From positions 128,001 through 192,000 of the forward strand of contig JBILLK010000011.1 of assembly GCA_044376115.1 (NCBI GenBank): DNA of 64,000 nt. Direction: 5' to 3'. Under the pieces are notes generated by a model, which was not told where the DNA came from, did not search any database, and saw only the letters and a program-made list of their open reading frames with translations. The position numbers and the translations under genes are program-made. Position 1 is the stretch's first letter. Every line of letters begins with the position of its first letter. This document shows positions 63,203-64,000 of the stretch, piece after piece. Origin of the DNA: Polyangiaceae bacterium (lineage in GTDB: Bacteria > Myxococcota_A > Polyangia > Polyangiales > Polyangiaceae).

Positions 63203-64000
63203 ATGGCCCGCGTTCCCGTTGATACCCAGACTGTCGCTCGTTGCCGCGAGCTCGCTGCAGACATCGCCAAGGACGTACAAGCGACGATCGACACGCACAC
63301 CACGGTCGGCGTCGAGCGCACGGTTTTGCGAGCCTACGGCACCGAGGGCGCTGACCCCAACGGCACCCCGCTATCGAACGCTGTGGTGGACAACATCCAC
63401 AAGCGCGGACTGACTGGCCTTGGCGCCGCCTACTTCCTTGGGGCCGCACTTCATCGCGGTGCCAGCTCGGTGCAGGAGGCCGCAGAGTCGCTGGCGTTCG
63501 GCGAGAAGCTACCCACGCCGAACGATGGTCCTTCCGTGGAGGACGCCGCGATCGCCTTGAGGCCTCATACCAAGGCCGCGCTCGAGCGCATCGATGTGGC
63601 GCGTTACGAGCGTGAGGGACTCAAGACCCGCACCCACGAGCACAAGCCGGACACCGGCCCGATGAAGTACGTGATCGTGGCGACTGGCAATATCTACGAC
63701 GACGCGACGCAGGCGAAGGCGGCTGCGTTCGCCGGAGCAGACATCGTCGCGGTCATTCGCGCCACCGCGCAATCGCTGCTCGACTACGTCCCCGAAGGTC
63801 CGACCACCGAGGGATTCGGCGGAACCTTTGCTACGCAGGCCAACTTCCAGATCATCCGCACGGCGCTCGATCAGATCTCGGTCGATCTCAACCGCTACGT
63901 CATGCAGACGAACTATTCGAGCGGTCTCGCGATGAGCGAGATCGCTTGGATGGCGGCGGTCGAGCGGCTCGACATGCTGCTCAACGACGCGATGTACGGC
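63203..64000 (+). CDS. kamD: Lysine 5,6-aminomutase alpha subunit, 3'-truncated by the window edge
   Basis: Translated manually (absent from the ORF track): HTTVGVERTVLR...YVIVATGNIYDD...AVIRATAQSLLDYVP.G.TTEGFGGTFATQ.NF...NY.SGL.M.EIA...ERLD..LNDAMYG. Confidence 0.92.
   Translation, partial: MARVPVDTQTVARCRELAADIAKDVQATIDTHTTVGVERTVLRAYGTEGADPNGTPLSNAVVDNIHKRGLTGLGAAYFLGAALHRGASSVQEAAESLAFGEKLPTPNDGPSVEDAAIALRPHTKAALERIDVARYEREGLKTRTHEHKPDTGPMKYVIVATGNIYDDATQAKAAAFAGADIVAVIRATAQSLLDYVPEGPTTEGFGGTFATQANFQIIRTALDQISVDLNRYVMQTNYSSGLAMSEIAWMAAVERLDMLLNDAMYG

Overview
GC-rich, gene-dense bacterial chromosome segment. The gene content (several Hanks-type Ser/Thr kinases, a MYXO-CTERM-type sorted protein, an FHA-DUF4388 protein, a sigma54 activator, Cys-rich surface proteins) points to Myxococcota, probably Polyangiales (inference). 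About 43 CDS are supported. Housekeeping genes are murI, gltX, nadD, ccmB, a pyrimidine-nucleoside phosphorylase, a biotin carboxylase and xseA. The window also has a Gld-like ABC module, two-component genes and three dispersed lysine-degradation genes (kamA-like, kdd, partial kamD). I found no rRNA, tRNA, CRISPR-Cas, transposase, integrase or reverse transcriptase. The most notable items are: (1) an intergenic array of about 4.7 x 96-bp structured palindromic repeats with a compensatory base-pair change (6140-6591); (2) a TPR-like sigma54 activator tightly coupled to a small exported acidic peptide with a PEPIPW motif and closed by a terminator; (3) a WYL regulator divergent from a coupled pair of giant Cys-rich surface proteins (vWA/MYXO-CTERM plus FGE/C-type-lectin fold); (4) a ~1700-aa metzincin-like lipoprotein behind a candidate sigma54 promoter. 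All calls come from reading motifs by eye; no database searches were run.
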